From assembly GCA_964414555.1 (NCBI GenBank), contig CAYPWW010000003.1, positions 59-64,058 on the forward strand: 64,000 nucleotides of DNA, given 5' to 3'. The stretch comes from an uncultured Algimonas sp. Its GTDB lineage: Bacteria; Pseudomonadota; Alphaproteobacteria; Caulobacterales; Maricaulaceae. The notes below the pieces were generated by a model. That model saw only the letters and a program-made list of their open reading frames with translations. It had not been told where the DNA came from and ran no database searches. Each line of letters begins with the position of its first letter. Position 1 is the first letter of the stretch. Of this stretch, positions 27,488 through 35,633 are shown one piece after another. The position numbers and the translations under genes are program-made.

Positions 27488-29010
27488 TGGCGCTTTTGTC
27501 TTATATCCCTGACTGGTTGCTGACGCACGGCCCTGCTTTCTTGATGGCTCTGCCGCTTATCATGGCGGCGGTTGTCGCGCTCCTGCCGAACCGGCGTGTC
27601 GCTTGGGCGACAACATTTGTGATTTCAGCCATTTTGACGGTCACAGCTTTCGCGCTGGCGCTGTATAATATGGAGGTCGGCACGACGATATACCGCATGG
27701 GCGGATGGGCGCCGCCGCATGGTATCTCGCTCGTCGTCGATGCGCTAAGTGCGCCTTTGTTGGTATTGATCGCTTTGATGAGCTTTGTGACGCTGATCTA
27801 TGCGCTGCCCGCGACGATTGCGGAAATTAAACCGAACAAACGCGCGCCATTTTATGCCGCCTTCTTGCTTTGCGTGGCAGGCTTGTTGGGCATGGTCATC
27901 ACGGGTGACGCGTTTAACGTTTTCGTCTTCCTCGAAGTCTCTTCGATCAGCACCTATGTCCTTGTTGCGATGGGCGCAGCGCGTGACCGTCGTGCACTCT
28001 CGGCCGCCTATAATTATCTCATTCTCGGGTCCATTGGCGCGACGTTCTTCGTTATCGGGATTGGTTTTCTCTATATGGAAACAGGCACGCTCAACATGGC
28101 GGATATGGCGCGGATCCTCGCGGATCTAGACGGTGGATCGCGCGTCGCGCGCGTCGCCTTTGGCTTCATCGTCATCGGTCTGGGACTGAAGCTCGCCATG
28201 TTCCCGCTGCACACGTGGCTGCCGGGTGCCTATGCTTATTCCCCGACGCCTGTGACAGCTTTCCTAGCGTCGACGGCGACAAAAGCCGCGCTCTATTTGT
28301 TGCTCCGTTTCGTCTTCTTCGTCTTTGATCCAAGCTTTGCCTATGTCGCCGATGTGCTGATGTTCATGATTGTCGCGCTGGGTGTGATCGGCATGGTTGT
28401 CGCCTCACTGCTCGCGATTTTCCAGACGGACATGCGCCGTGTGCTAGCGTTCTCTTCTGTGGCGCAAGTTGGCTATATGCTGCTGGGTGTCGGGATTGCG
28501 ACGACAGCCTCAGTCGCGGCGGGCTATCTGCATCTGTTGAACCACGCGATTATCAAAGGCGGCTTGTTCCTCGCATTAGGTGCGATGTGGTATCGCTTTG
28601 GCATCACGCGCGTGGAGGACTTCCGCGGTCTCGGCAAAACAATGCCTTGGACGATGGGCGCTTTCACGATTTCCGGTCTGTCTCTGATCGGCGTGCCATT
28701 TACCGCTGGATTTGTCTCCAAAGTGAATCTTGTCTTCGCGGCGGCTAACGCGGGGTGGTGGTGGGCCGTTGGGATCGTCATGCTGACGTCCATTCTTGCG
28801 CTGATCTATATCGGCCGTGCGCTACTTTTAGCCTATTTCCAGTCCCCGCCAGAAATCGACGGCCACGTTGTTGCACGGCATGAAGCCCCATACACGATGC
28901 TCTTGCCTATGTGGATGTTGGCCATTGGCTCTATCATCATTGGGGTTTCCAATGATCAGATTGTCGGTGTTGCCACCCGTGCGGCTGAACTTCTGCTCGG
29001 AACGGGGTAG
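27487..29010 (+). CDS. mrpD: Na+/H+ antiporter subunit D, copy 1
   Basis: GDAFNVFVFLEV, KLAMFPLHTWLP, HAIIKGGLF, GVPFTAGFVSK. Confidence 0.92.
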   Translation: MALLSYIPDWLLTHGPAFLMALPLIMAAVVALLPNRRVAWATTFVISAILTVTAFALALYNMEVGTTIYRMGGWAPPHGISLVVDALSAPLLVLIALMSFVTLIYALPATIAEIKPNKRAPFYAAFLLCVAGLLGMVITGDAFNVFVFLEVSSISTYVLVAMGAARDRRALSAAYNYLILGSIGATFFVIGIGFLYMETGTLNMADMARILADLDGGSRVARVAFGFIVIGLGLKLAMFPLHTWLPGAYAYSPTPVTAFLASTATKAALYLLLRFVFFVFDPSFAYVADVLMFMIVALGVIGMVVASLLAIFQTDMRRVLAFSSVAQVGYMLLGVGIATTASVAAGYLHLLNHAIIKGGLFLALGAMWYRFGITRVEDFRGLGKTMPWTMGAFTISGLSLIGVPFTAGFVSKVNLVFAAANAGWWWAVGIVMLTSILALIYIGRALLLAYFQSPPEIDGHVVARHEAPYTMLLPMWMLAIGSIIIGVSNDQIVGVATRAAELLLGTG

Positions 29011-29014
29011 GGCG

Positions 29015-30511
29015 ATGGATCTTTACATGACACCGCAGATCGCGCTGGCCCTCATGCTGCTGATCCCGCTCGTCGCGGCGGGCCTCATTCCGCTGTTCGG
29101 AAAGCAGCCGAATGTCCGCGAGGCAATTACATTTGTGTTCGGTGGACTCTTACTAGCGACCGTTATTTATCTTTGCCGCGATGTCGCCAGTGGCGGTCGT
29201 CCAGAATTGCATCTGGGTAGCTTCGCTGGGCGCTTTGATTTTACCCTGAAGCTAGAGCCCCTCGGCGCGACATTCGCCGCGATTGCTAGCTCGCTCTGGA
29301 TGGTCAACTCGGCCTTCACGCTGGGTTATATGCGCGGGAATAATGAGAAGAACCAAACGCGTTTCTTCGCGTTCGTGGCCGTTGCGATTGCCGCCGCTAT
29401 GGGCATCGCGGCCTCGGCCAACCTGATCACTTTGTTTATCTTCTACGAAGCTTTGACGCTCTCGACCTTCCCATTGGTAACACACAAAGGCGACGAGAAA
29501 GCCAAGCGGGGCGGCACGATCTATGCGCTGATCCTGATGGGGACGTCGCTCGCATTGCTCCTGCCGGCCGTAATCGGGACCTATGTCATCGCGGGCACGA
29601 CAGAGTTCCGAGTCGGCGGTGTCTTCCCGCCGGAGACATCTCTCCTCGCGACGTCGACGCTGCTGTTCTTGTTCGCTTTCGGCATCGGCAAAGCGGCACT
29701 GATGCCAACCCATCCGTGGTTGCCCAACGCCATGGTGGCACCGACGCCCGTTTCGGCATTGTTGCACGCGGTAGCCGTCGTGAAAGCGGGCGTTTTCACC
29801 ATGCTGAAAGTTGTGACCTTTACCTTCGGGCCCAGCCTCGCCGCCGCTACGCCAGCCTCAACTTGGCTCGCATGGATCGCGGCCATTTCCATCGTGTTGG
29901 CGTCTGTCATCGCGCTGCGACAAGATAATCTGAAAGCCCGTCTAGCTTATTCCACCGTCTCGCAGCTGTCTTACGTCACGCTGGGCGCGATGCTGGCGAC
30001 GTCTATGGGTATCCTCGGCGGTGGTTTGCAGATCGTCATGCACGCGTGGGGCAAGATTACGCTCTTTATGTGTGCGGGCGCGATCTACACCATCGCGCAC
30101 CGGACGAATATTTCCCAACTCGATGGGCTAGGCCGGACCATGCCGTGGGTATTTGGCGCGTTCCTGATTGGCGCGCTTTCCATCATCGGCATCCCGCCTA
30201 TGGGCGGCAGTTGGCCGAAGTTCTTCCTGATGGTTGGCGCGGTCGATAGCGGCAAGTCTATTCTTATCGCGGCGCTAATCGCATCCTCGATTTTGAACAT
30301 TATCTATCTCGTGCCGATTGCTGTGCGGGGCTTCATGAAATCGCCCAAAGACGCCGCGGATGATGCGCATATTGCAGAGGTCCGTCGCAAACATCGCTGG
30401 GTGATTATCCCGCCGGTCTTCACGGCCTTTGGCTCGCTCGTGCTGTTCTTCTTTGCTGGGCCAATCGTTGACTTCCTTCAACCGATCCTACCGGGGGGAG
30501 GGCTACAATGA
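29015..30511 (+). CDS. mrpD: Na+/H+ antiporter subunit D family, copy 2
   Basis: FIFYEALT, KAALMPTHPWLPNAMVAPTPVSALLHAVAVVKAG, LAYSTVSQL. Start moved to ATG 29015. Confidence 0.9.
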   Translation: MDLYMTPQIALALMLLIPLVAAGLIPLFGKQPNVREAITFVFGGLLLATVIYLCRDVASGGRPELHLGSFAGRFDFTLKLEPLGATFAAIASSLWMVNSAFTLGYMRGNNEKNQTRFFAFVAVAIAAAMGIAASANLITLFIFYEALTLSTFPLVTHKGDEKAKRGGTIYALILMGTSLALLLPAVIGTYVIAGTTEFRVGGVFPPETSLLATSTLLFLFAFGIGKAALMPTHPWLPNAMVAPTPVSALLHAVAVVKAGVFTMLKVVTFTFGPSLAAATPASTWLAWIAAISIVLASVIALRQDNLKARLAYSTVSQLSYVTLGAMLATSMGILGGGLQIVMHAWGKITLFMCAGAIYTIAHRTNISQLDGLGRTMPWVFGAFLIGALSIIGIPPMGGSWPKFFLMVGAVDSGKSILIAALIASSILNIIYLVPIAVRGFMKSPKDAADDAHIAEVRRKHRWVIIPPVFTAFGSLVLFFFAGPIVDFLQPILPGGGLQ

Positions 30512-30861
30512 GCGATGAACTCCAAGAGGTAACGTTGGACGCCGTGGACAACAGTAACATCCATCCGGTCAGCCGTGCTTTTCTTTTCCTCGGCGACGAG
30601 AAAGTGAAGCGTAACTTCATCTGGCTGCCACTGATCGGCATGTTGATCTGTATTGTGCTGGGCGTGTTCCATCCGCAAAAACATCCGCTGCCGGGCGAGC
30701 AATATATCCCCGGCTCTTGGGCGATTTACGGCTTCATCGCCTATAGCCTGATCGTGCTGAGCGCGAATACGCTGTTCCGCTGGCTTGGTCGCGATGAGGA
30801 TTATTACGGGGAGGGCGGGCTGCCCGATCCAGAGATTTCGACGGAGCATCATCATGATTGA
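30508..30861 (+). CDS. Small two-TM membrane protein within the mrp operon
   Basis: Two hydrophobic segments. Overlaps both neighbours (ATGA, ATGATTGA). Confidence 0.7.
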   Translation: MSDELQEVTLDAVDNSNIHPVSRAFLFLGDEKVKRNFIWLPLIGMLICIVLGVFHPQKHPLPGEQYIPGSWAIYGFIAYSLIVLSANTLFRWLGRDEDYYGEGGLPDPEISTEHHHD

Positions 30862-31234
30862 TGCAAAGACCGGAGCTGTGCAATTTGGTGAGACGTGGTG
30901 TCAGAAAGACGACACGCGCCCTGTGCTGGAGCGCCGCCTGCCGCCGTTTTATTGGAAACGCGAAATGGTGGGCCCTGCCAAAGATGAAATCGCGCTCTTC
31001 GTGAAAACATCAGGTGTTTTCGGTGCTGTCTACTTTGGGACAACAGGCATTTCACTCATCAAGATTGGTCTTGATCGCGTGTACAAAAAACCCTTCGCGT
31101 TGCGGGCAGCGGAATATAAAAAATACCTCGCTAAAGTCTGTGGTTTGACTCCGGGGACCTACCCATGGGGCAAGTTAGTCGTCAGCGAGGATCCTCGAGA
31201 CGCTTCCAGTGACATAGGTCTTTATTATGATTGA
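30854..31234 (+). CDS. Low-GC orphan protein (126 aa) inserted in the mrp operon
   Basis: Open frame MIDAKTG...GTYPWGKLVVSEDPRDASSDIGLYYD, overlapping both neighbours. Sampled lines are 45-48% GC versus 60% in the next gene. Confidence 0.65.
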   Translation: MIDAKTGAVQFGETWCQKDDTRPVLERRLPPFYWKREMVGPAKDEIALFVKTSGVFGAVYFGTTGISLIKIGLDRVYKKPFALRAAEYKKYLAKVCGLTPGTYPWGKLVVSEDPRDASSDIGLYYD

Positions 31235-32978
31235 GGCGCTCCCCATCCTCGCTGAGATCAATCCCGGTCTGTGGGTTATCCTCGCCGGTATCGTCTGTGC
31301 GCTCTTGCCCGTTGGACCAATCCGCAAGGCCTTTGTCATTGCGGCGCCGATTTTCGCAGGCCTGCTGATCTTTCAACTACACACCCAACCCGAAGTTTTG
31401 GGCGGGGTGCTTCAGTTTGGCCCCGTCGAACTGACGACGTTGCGTATTGATAGTCTGTCTGTTGTCTGGGGCTATTTGTTCTGCCTCGCGGGGATCATCA
31501 ACGGGATCTATGCGCTGCATGAAAAGTGTCGGATCACGGATAGTTCTGCGCTCGTTTATACAGGCGCTGCGATTGCAGGCGTGCTGGCGGGCGACATGAT
31601 TACGCTGTTTATCATGTGGGAGCTGACGGCGGTGTCCTCGGTCTTCTTGATCTGGAAGGGCGGCGACCATGCCTATGCAGCAGGGATACGATATCTCGCG
31701 ATCCATGTGCTTTCGGGCGTGATGTTACTCGCGGGCGCAATCCTCCACGCGCAAGCCAATGGCGGCGATTTCATGTTTAACTTCATCGGACTGGACAGTC
31801 CGGGTGGGTGGCTGATGTTGATCGCGATGGGGATTAAATGCGGCTTCCCCATGCTGCATATGTGGATGCAGGATGCTTATCCGAAAGCCTCAATAACGGG
31901 CACGGTTATCCTTGCGAGTTTTACGACAAAATTCGCGATCTACGCCTTGGCGCGGGGTTTCCCCGGCACGGATATTTTGATCTGGATCGGCGCGATCATG
32001 ACCTGTTTCCCCGTGTTCTTTGCGGTGGTCGAGAATGACCTGCGCCGCGTCTTGGCTTACTCGCTGAACAACCAGCTGGGTTTTATGGTTTGCGGGATTG
32101 GCATCGGAACATCGCTCGCGCTGAACGGCGTCGTCGGACAAGTCTTTGTCCATGTTATCTTTAAGGGCCTGCTGTTCATGTCCATTGGCGCGGTCATGTA
32201 CCGTACCGGCACGGCGAAAGCCTCAGAGCTGGGCGGGCTGTTCCGCTCCATGCCGTATACGACAATCTTCTGTTTGATCGGGGCAGGGTCGATTGCGGCC
32301 TTCCCGCTCTTGGCGGCCTTTGTGACGAAAGCCATGATCCTCGCGGCGGCTGTGGAAGAGCATCTCTACATCCCGTTCCTGATGATGTTGTTCGCCTCGG
32401 CCGGTGTGATGGAACATTCTGGGATTAAGGTTCCGCATTTCACCTTCTTCGCGCATGATAGCGGGCGGCGGGTGAAAGAGGCGCCGTGGAACATGTTGGT
32501 GGCTATGGGCTTGGCTGCGTTCCTTTGTATCTATCTCGCCTTGCCAATTCCGGGCGGCGGTTATCACTTCCTCTATGATCTCATGCCGTTCGAGCTGGAT
32601 AAGCCGTACAAGCCCTACACATGGGATCATGTCGTGTTCCAAATGCAGCTGCTCTTTGCCGCGATCTTCGCTTTCACCCTATTGAAGCGCTACAAGCTCT
32701 ATCCGGCAGAGCGCCGCGCCGAGATCGTGGATGCCGATTGGTTCTATCGTAAGATGGGCTTGAATGTCGCCAGCTGGGGGTCCGCTATGTGGACGCGCCT
32801 CGCCGCTGTCACGACGCGCCAGCGTAAGCATTTCACGGACGTTGCAGGCCGACGTCTCTACCAAGTCTTTTCCCCTGCGGGCGGAACGCGTGAGGCTGCG
32901 CCGTCCGGTCTGGCCGCTATTCTTGTGGCCGCGCTTCTCGTCTTGGTGCTGGTTGTGGAGTATTTTGCAGGGCCATGA
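31227..32978 (+). CDS. mrpD: Na+/H+ antiporter subunit D family, copy 3 (long)
   Basis: FIMWEL, KCGFPMLHMWMQDAYP, RRVLAYSLNNQLG, HVIFKGLLF. Confidence 0.88.
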   Translation: MIEALPILAEINPGLWVILAGIVCALLPVGPIRKAFVIAAPIFAGLLIFQLHTQPEVLGGVLQFGPVELTTLRIDSLSVVWGYLFCLAGIINGIYALHEKCRITDSSALVYTGAAIAGVLAGDMITLFIMWELTAVSSVFLIWKGGDHAYAAGIRYLAIHVLSGVMLLAGAILHAQANGGDFMFNFIGLDSPGGWLMLIAMGIKCGFPMLHMWMQDAYPKASITGTVILASFTTKFAIYALARGFPGTDILIWIGAIMTCFPVFFAVVENDLRRVLAYSLNNQLGFMVCGIGIGTSLALNGVVGQVFVHVIFKGLLFMSIGAVMYRTGTAKASELGGLFRSMPYTTIFCLIGAGSIAAFPLLAAFVTKAMILAAAVEEHLYIPFLMMLFASAGVMEHSGIKVPHFTFFAHDSGRRVKEAPWNMLVAMGLAAFLCIYLALPIPGGGYHFLYDLMPFELDKPYKPYTWDHVVFQMQLLFAAIFAFTLLKRYKLYPAERRAEIVDADWFYRKMGLNVASWGSAMWTRLAAVTTRQRKHFTDVAGRRLYQVFSPAGGTREAAPSGLAAILVAALLVLVLVVEYFAGP

Positions 32979-33367
32979 GCGACGACACGCGCATCTTGGA
33001 GCTGACAACACAAATTGTGAGTGCCCATGTCGGCGCGCATAAATCTACGCCTGAGGAAATCACTGCACTGATTGCGAAAGTCCACACAGCGCTCAGCACT
33101 GTGGCAGATCCAACAGCAGCAGAGTCGCAAGACACGCCTGCCGTGCCGATTTCTGATTCCTTGCGGGATGATGCCATCGTCTGCCTAGAGGACGGCCTCG
33201 AGTTCCAAAGCCTGAAGCGTCACCTGCGTGTGAAATATAACCTCACGCCGGATGCCTATCGCCAAAAATGGGGCTTACCGCGCGATTACCCGATGGTTGC
33301 GCCGGCCTATGCCCGCCGCCGCTCGGCCTTGGCGAAACGTTCTGGCCTCGGAAAAAGCGCGAAATAG
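32975..33367 (+). CDS. mucR: MucR/Ros family transcriptional regulator
   Basis: IVCLEDGLEFQSLKRHL...TPDAYRQKWGLPRDYPMVAPAYARRRSALAK. Confidence 0.95.
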   Translation: MSDDTRILELTTQIVSAHVGAHKSTPEEITALIAKVHTALSTVADPTAAESQDTPAVPISDSLRDDAIVCLEDGLEFQSLKRHLRVKYNLTPDAYRQKWGLPRDYPMVAPAYARRRSALAKRSGLGKSAK

Positions 33368-33545
33368 CCGCTCGATTCGGAGCCGAGTCGGAAATCGTCT
33401 GATTTTTACGTTTGTCGCGAGCATTATGGTTAACAAAACCTTGCGACCAAGAATCGAACACGTCCAACACACTTAGCAAGGGGACACAGCTCGTGTGACG
33501 CTTTGTTGTCGGGGCTGAGACAGACAAGGACGGGGAAACAGGGAT

Positions 33546-34055
33546 ATGCTATCTGGGAATGCCTTGCGGCACCAAATTATCCTGCCGGAACAGCGGGACT
33601 TTTACGATTATTGGCGGAGCAAATGTCGGGGTAATGCTCTCCCATCTCGCCATGATATCCTACCGGAAGACTTACGCACACAACTGCCCACAACGACGAT
33701 TATGGAACGTGTCGAAGGTCCAGATGGCCATCGCTATCGCCATCGTCTCGCGGGGACCGGATTCTGGAAGCTCTATGGCCGGGAAATTCAAGGCCGTCAT
33801 ATTGATGAGCTGCCGATTGGTTGTCGGGTCGATTACTGGCATCGTGTTCTGGATCAAGTTGTTGAAAACCGTCGTCCTTATGTCGGTGTCACGCGGCCGC
33901 AAACGCCGATGGGCTCGCATATGGCGCAGTTCTGGGTCCGACTCCCGCTCTCTGAAAATGGGACAGATATCGACATGATCCTCGGATACGACCATCTTGT
34001 AAAAATGAGTGAGGTTCAGGATATCGAACCCGTTCAGCAGAAAATATACGCCTAA
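33546..34055 (+). CDS. Stand-alone PAS domain protein (PAS_5/DUF1457-like)
   Basis: YDYWRSKCRGNALPSRHDI...YRHRLAGT, LPLSENG. Confidence 0.85.
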   Translation: MLSGNALRHQIILPEQRDFYDYWRSKCRGNALPSRHDILPEDLRTQLPTTTIMERVEGPDGHRYRHRLAGTGFWKLYGREIQGRHIDELPIGCRVDYWHRVLDQVVENRRPYVGVTRPQTPMGSHMAQFWVRLPLSENGTDIDMILGYDHLVKMSEVQDIEPVQQKIYA

Positions 34056-34083
34056 TTCAGTCGCTTAGACGGTCGATAAGTCA

Positions 34084-34135
34084 GGGTATAAATCCCCCAA
34101 ATGACTCGACTTTTCTATATATAGGAATATAATCC
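34084..34135 (+). promoter_or_regulatory. Putative promoter/operator of the GafY/Z-like pair
   Basis: TCGACT-N16-TATAAT (34106-34133). The -10 lies inside GGAA-TATA-ATCC, and a related GGGT-ATAA-ATCC sits 40 bp upstream. Confidence 0.45.
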
Positions 34136-34187
34136 TCATTATGAGGAACGGCGAGTAGAGTGGCCCGTTCAGTGAACGGAGACCCCC

Positions 34188-34529
34188 ATGCCGCGACGTC
34201 GCATATCACCACTCGACCCCGCTTTTACGCAGCTGACTTTGGCGGCTGTTGGCCTAGAATTTGGCCTGCCAGAGCTGTGTGATCCCACGCCACGACGCCG
34301 GACGAAGCAGATCGTCTTTGCGCGTCAGGTTGCCATGTATTTGGCGGCGACGGGCTTTAACATGACGACAACCCGCACGGCAGAGATGTTCGGGCGGGAT
34401 CGCTCAACGGTCTCTCACGCGCTGGGTGTTGTTGAGGATAGCCGCGATGATGCCGTCTTCAATCGCAAGCTCGAGAAGGTCGAGGTCTTCCTAGATCAAT
34501 GCCGCGAGAGTTTTGGAGTTGGCGTATGA
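34188..34529 (+). CDS. DnaA C-terminal-type helix-turn-helix protein (GafY-like / GafA N-terminal-like)
   Basis: IVFARQVAMYL...AEMFGRDRSTVSHA matches the DnaA domain IV HTH. Overlaps the next gene. Confidence 0.8.
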   Translation: MPRRRISPLDPAFTQLTLAAVGLEFGLPELCDPTPRRRTKQIVFARQVAMYLAATGFNMTTTRTAEMFGRDRSTVSHALGVVEDSRDDAVFNRKLEKVEVFLDQCRESFGVGV

Positions 34530-35248
34530 GCGCGTTTCAACCCATCTTGCAGAACATCTATCGCGTTGACGGTCTCATTGACCTCACGCCTCAAGGGGCA
34601 GAGCGACCCGTCTTCCCGCGCAGAGATCGACGCAAGCGTCCAGCACTTTGGCTCGAGCGGGACGCCTTTGCTTGGCTGCGCGCAGAGGGCGCGTTGGAGG
34701 AAGTCACGCGCGGTTATGTGCTGAGCCAGTCCACGGTCCGCAGGCTGCGTCACGGGCGCGAGGGCGCGCTGGGCCAGCATGAGGCCTTGCAAGAGCGTAA
34801 CATCTATATCCCCGGTGGGGCCATCCGTCCGGCTCATGTGAACACTCGGATTACGGCGCTGGACCGTCTCGCGCGGCGGCGCTTTCTGTCAAAGGCGGAA
34901 TATGAAGCTGGGCAAGCTTTGGCGCGGGATTATGCGCGGGCCGGGCACGGTCAGATTGCGACGCAGGACTTTATGGCCAGCGGTGCAGACGGCGGTGATC
35001 GCGCGGGTGCTGCGGAACGCGCTATGCTGAACCGTGTCACCGCGTCGACACGTTTGACCGCGGCCCGCGTTGCCATGGGTGAGGGGCTCGCCGGCCCTGT
35101 CATCGCTGTCTGCTGCCGGGATGAGCGGATTGATGAGGTTGAGCGCGCAGAGCGTTGGGCGAAAGGCGCGGGTCGAAATCTGATCAAGGTTGGCTTGGGG
35201 TGTTTGGTCAAACTCTATGGAACACAACCGGGTCAAAGCGCTCAGTAA
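34526..35248 (+). CDS. DUF6456-like protein (GafZ-like / GafA C-terminal-like GTA activator)
   Basis: LDRLARRRFLSKAEYEAGQALARDY, VCCRDERIDEVERAERWAKGAGRNLIKVGL. Start ATG 34526. Confidence 0.7.
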   Translation: MSAFQPILQNIYRVDGLIDLTPQGAERPVFPRRDRRKRPALWLERDAFAWLRAEGALEEVTRGYVLSQSTVRRLRHGREGALGQHEALQERNIYIPGGAIRPAHVNTRITALDRLARRRFLSKAEYEAGQALARDYARAGHGQIATQDFMASGADGGDRAGAAERAMLNRVTASTRLTAARVAMGEGLAGPVIAVCCRDERIDEVERAERWAKGAGRNLIKVGLGCLVKLYGTQPGQSAQ

Positions 35249-35305
35249 ATCCGGAGGCGGTGAAGGTTTAATCCACGGCGTCTGAGCTGGGTTTAAGCTG
35301 TTCAG

Positions 35306-35632
35306 ATGACAGATAAAGACCGTTTCATCTCCCTCGACGCCGCGCAAGTCGCGCTAAATCAGAGCCTCGTTAAACTGACATCTCAATTGGAAGAGACGCC
35401 AGAAAAGGCTGCGCGCGGGCTCTCTATTACTCTCAAGGCTTTGGCCGATCTGCAGTCCCACCGTGACGCCATCCAAGCCCGCGAAGCCGCGTCCGAATAC
35501 ACACGCTATGAGGACCTTCCACCCCCGCCGCCGGATGAAGTCCGCAAATTCAGAAAGCTGTTTAACAAGATGGTGGACGCCAAGGTCGAAGCTCGTCTGA
35601 GGCAAATAGGCCAAGACAAGGGCTCGTCATAG
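35306..35632 (+). CDS. Probable GTA small terminase subunit
   Basis: 108-aa helical protein ending 1 nt before the large terminase. The call rests on position. Confidence 0.55.
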   Translation: MTDKDRFISLDAAQVALNQSLVKLTSQLEETPEKAARGLSITLKALADLQSHRDAIQAREAASEYTRYEDLPPPPPDEVRKFRKLFNKMVDAKVEARLRQIGQDKGSS

Positions 35633-35633
35633 A

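Noticed and set aside
28868-29014. N-terminal extension of the second mrpD
   Set aside because: It overlaps the previous mrpD by over 140 bp out of frame. ATG 29015 directly follows that gene's stop.
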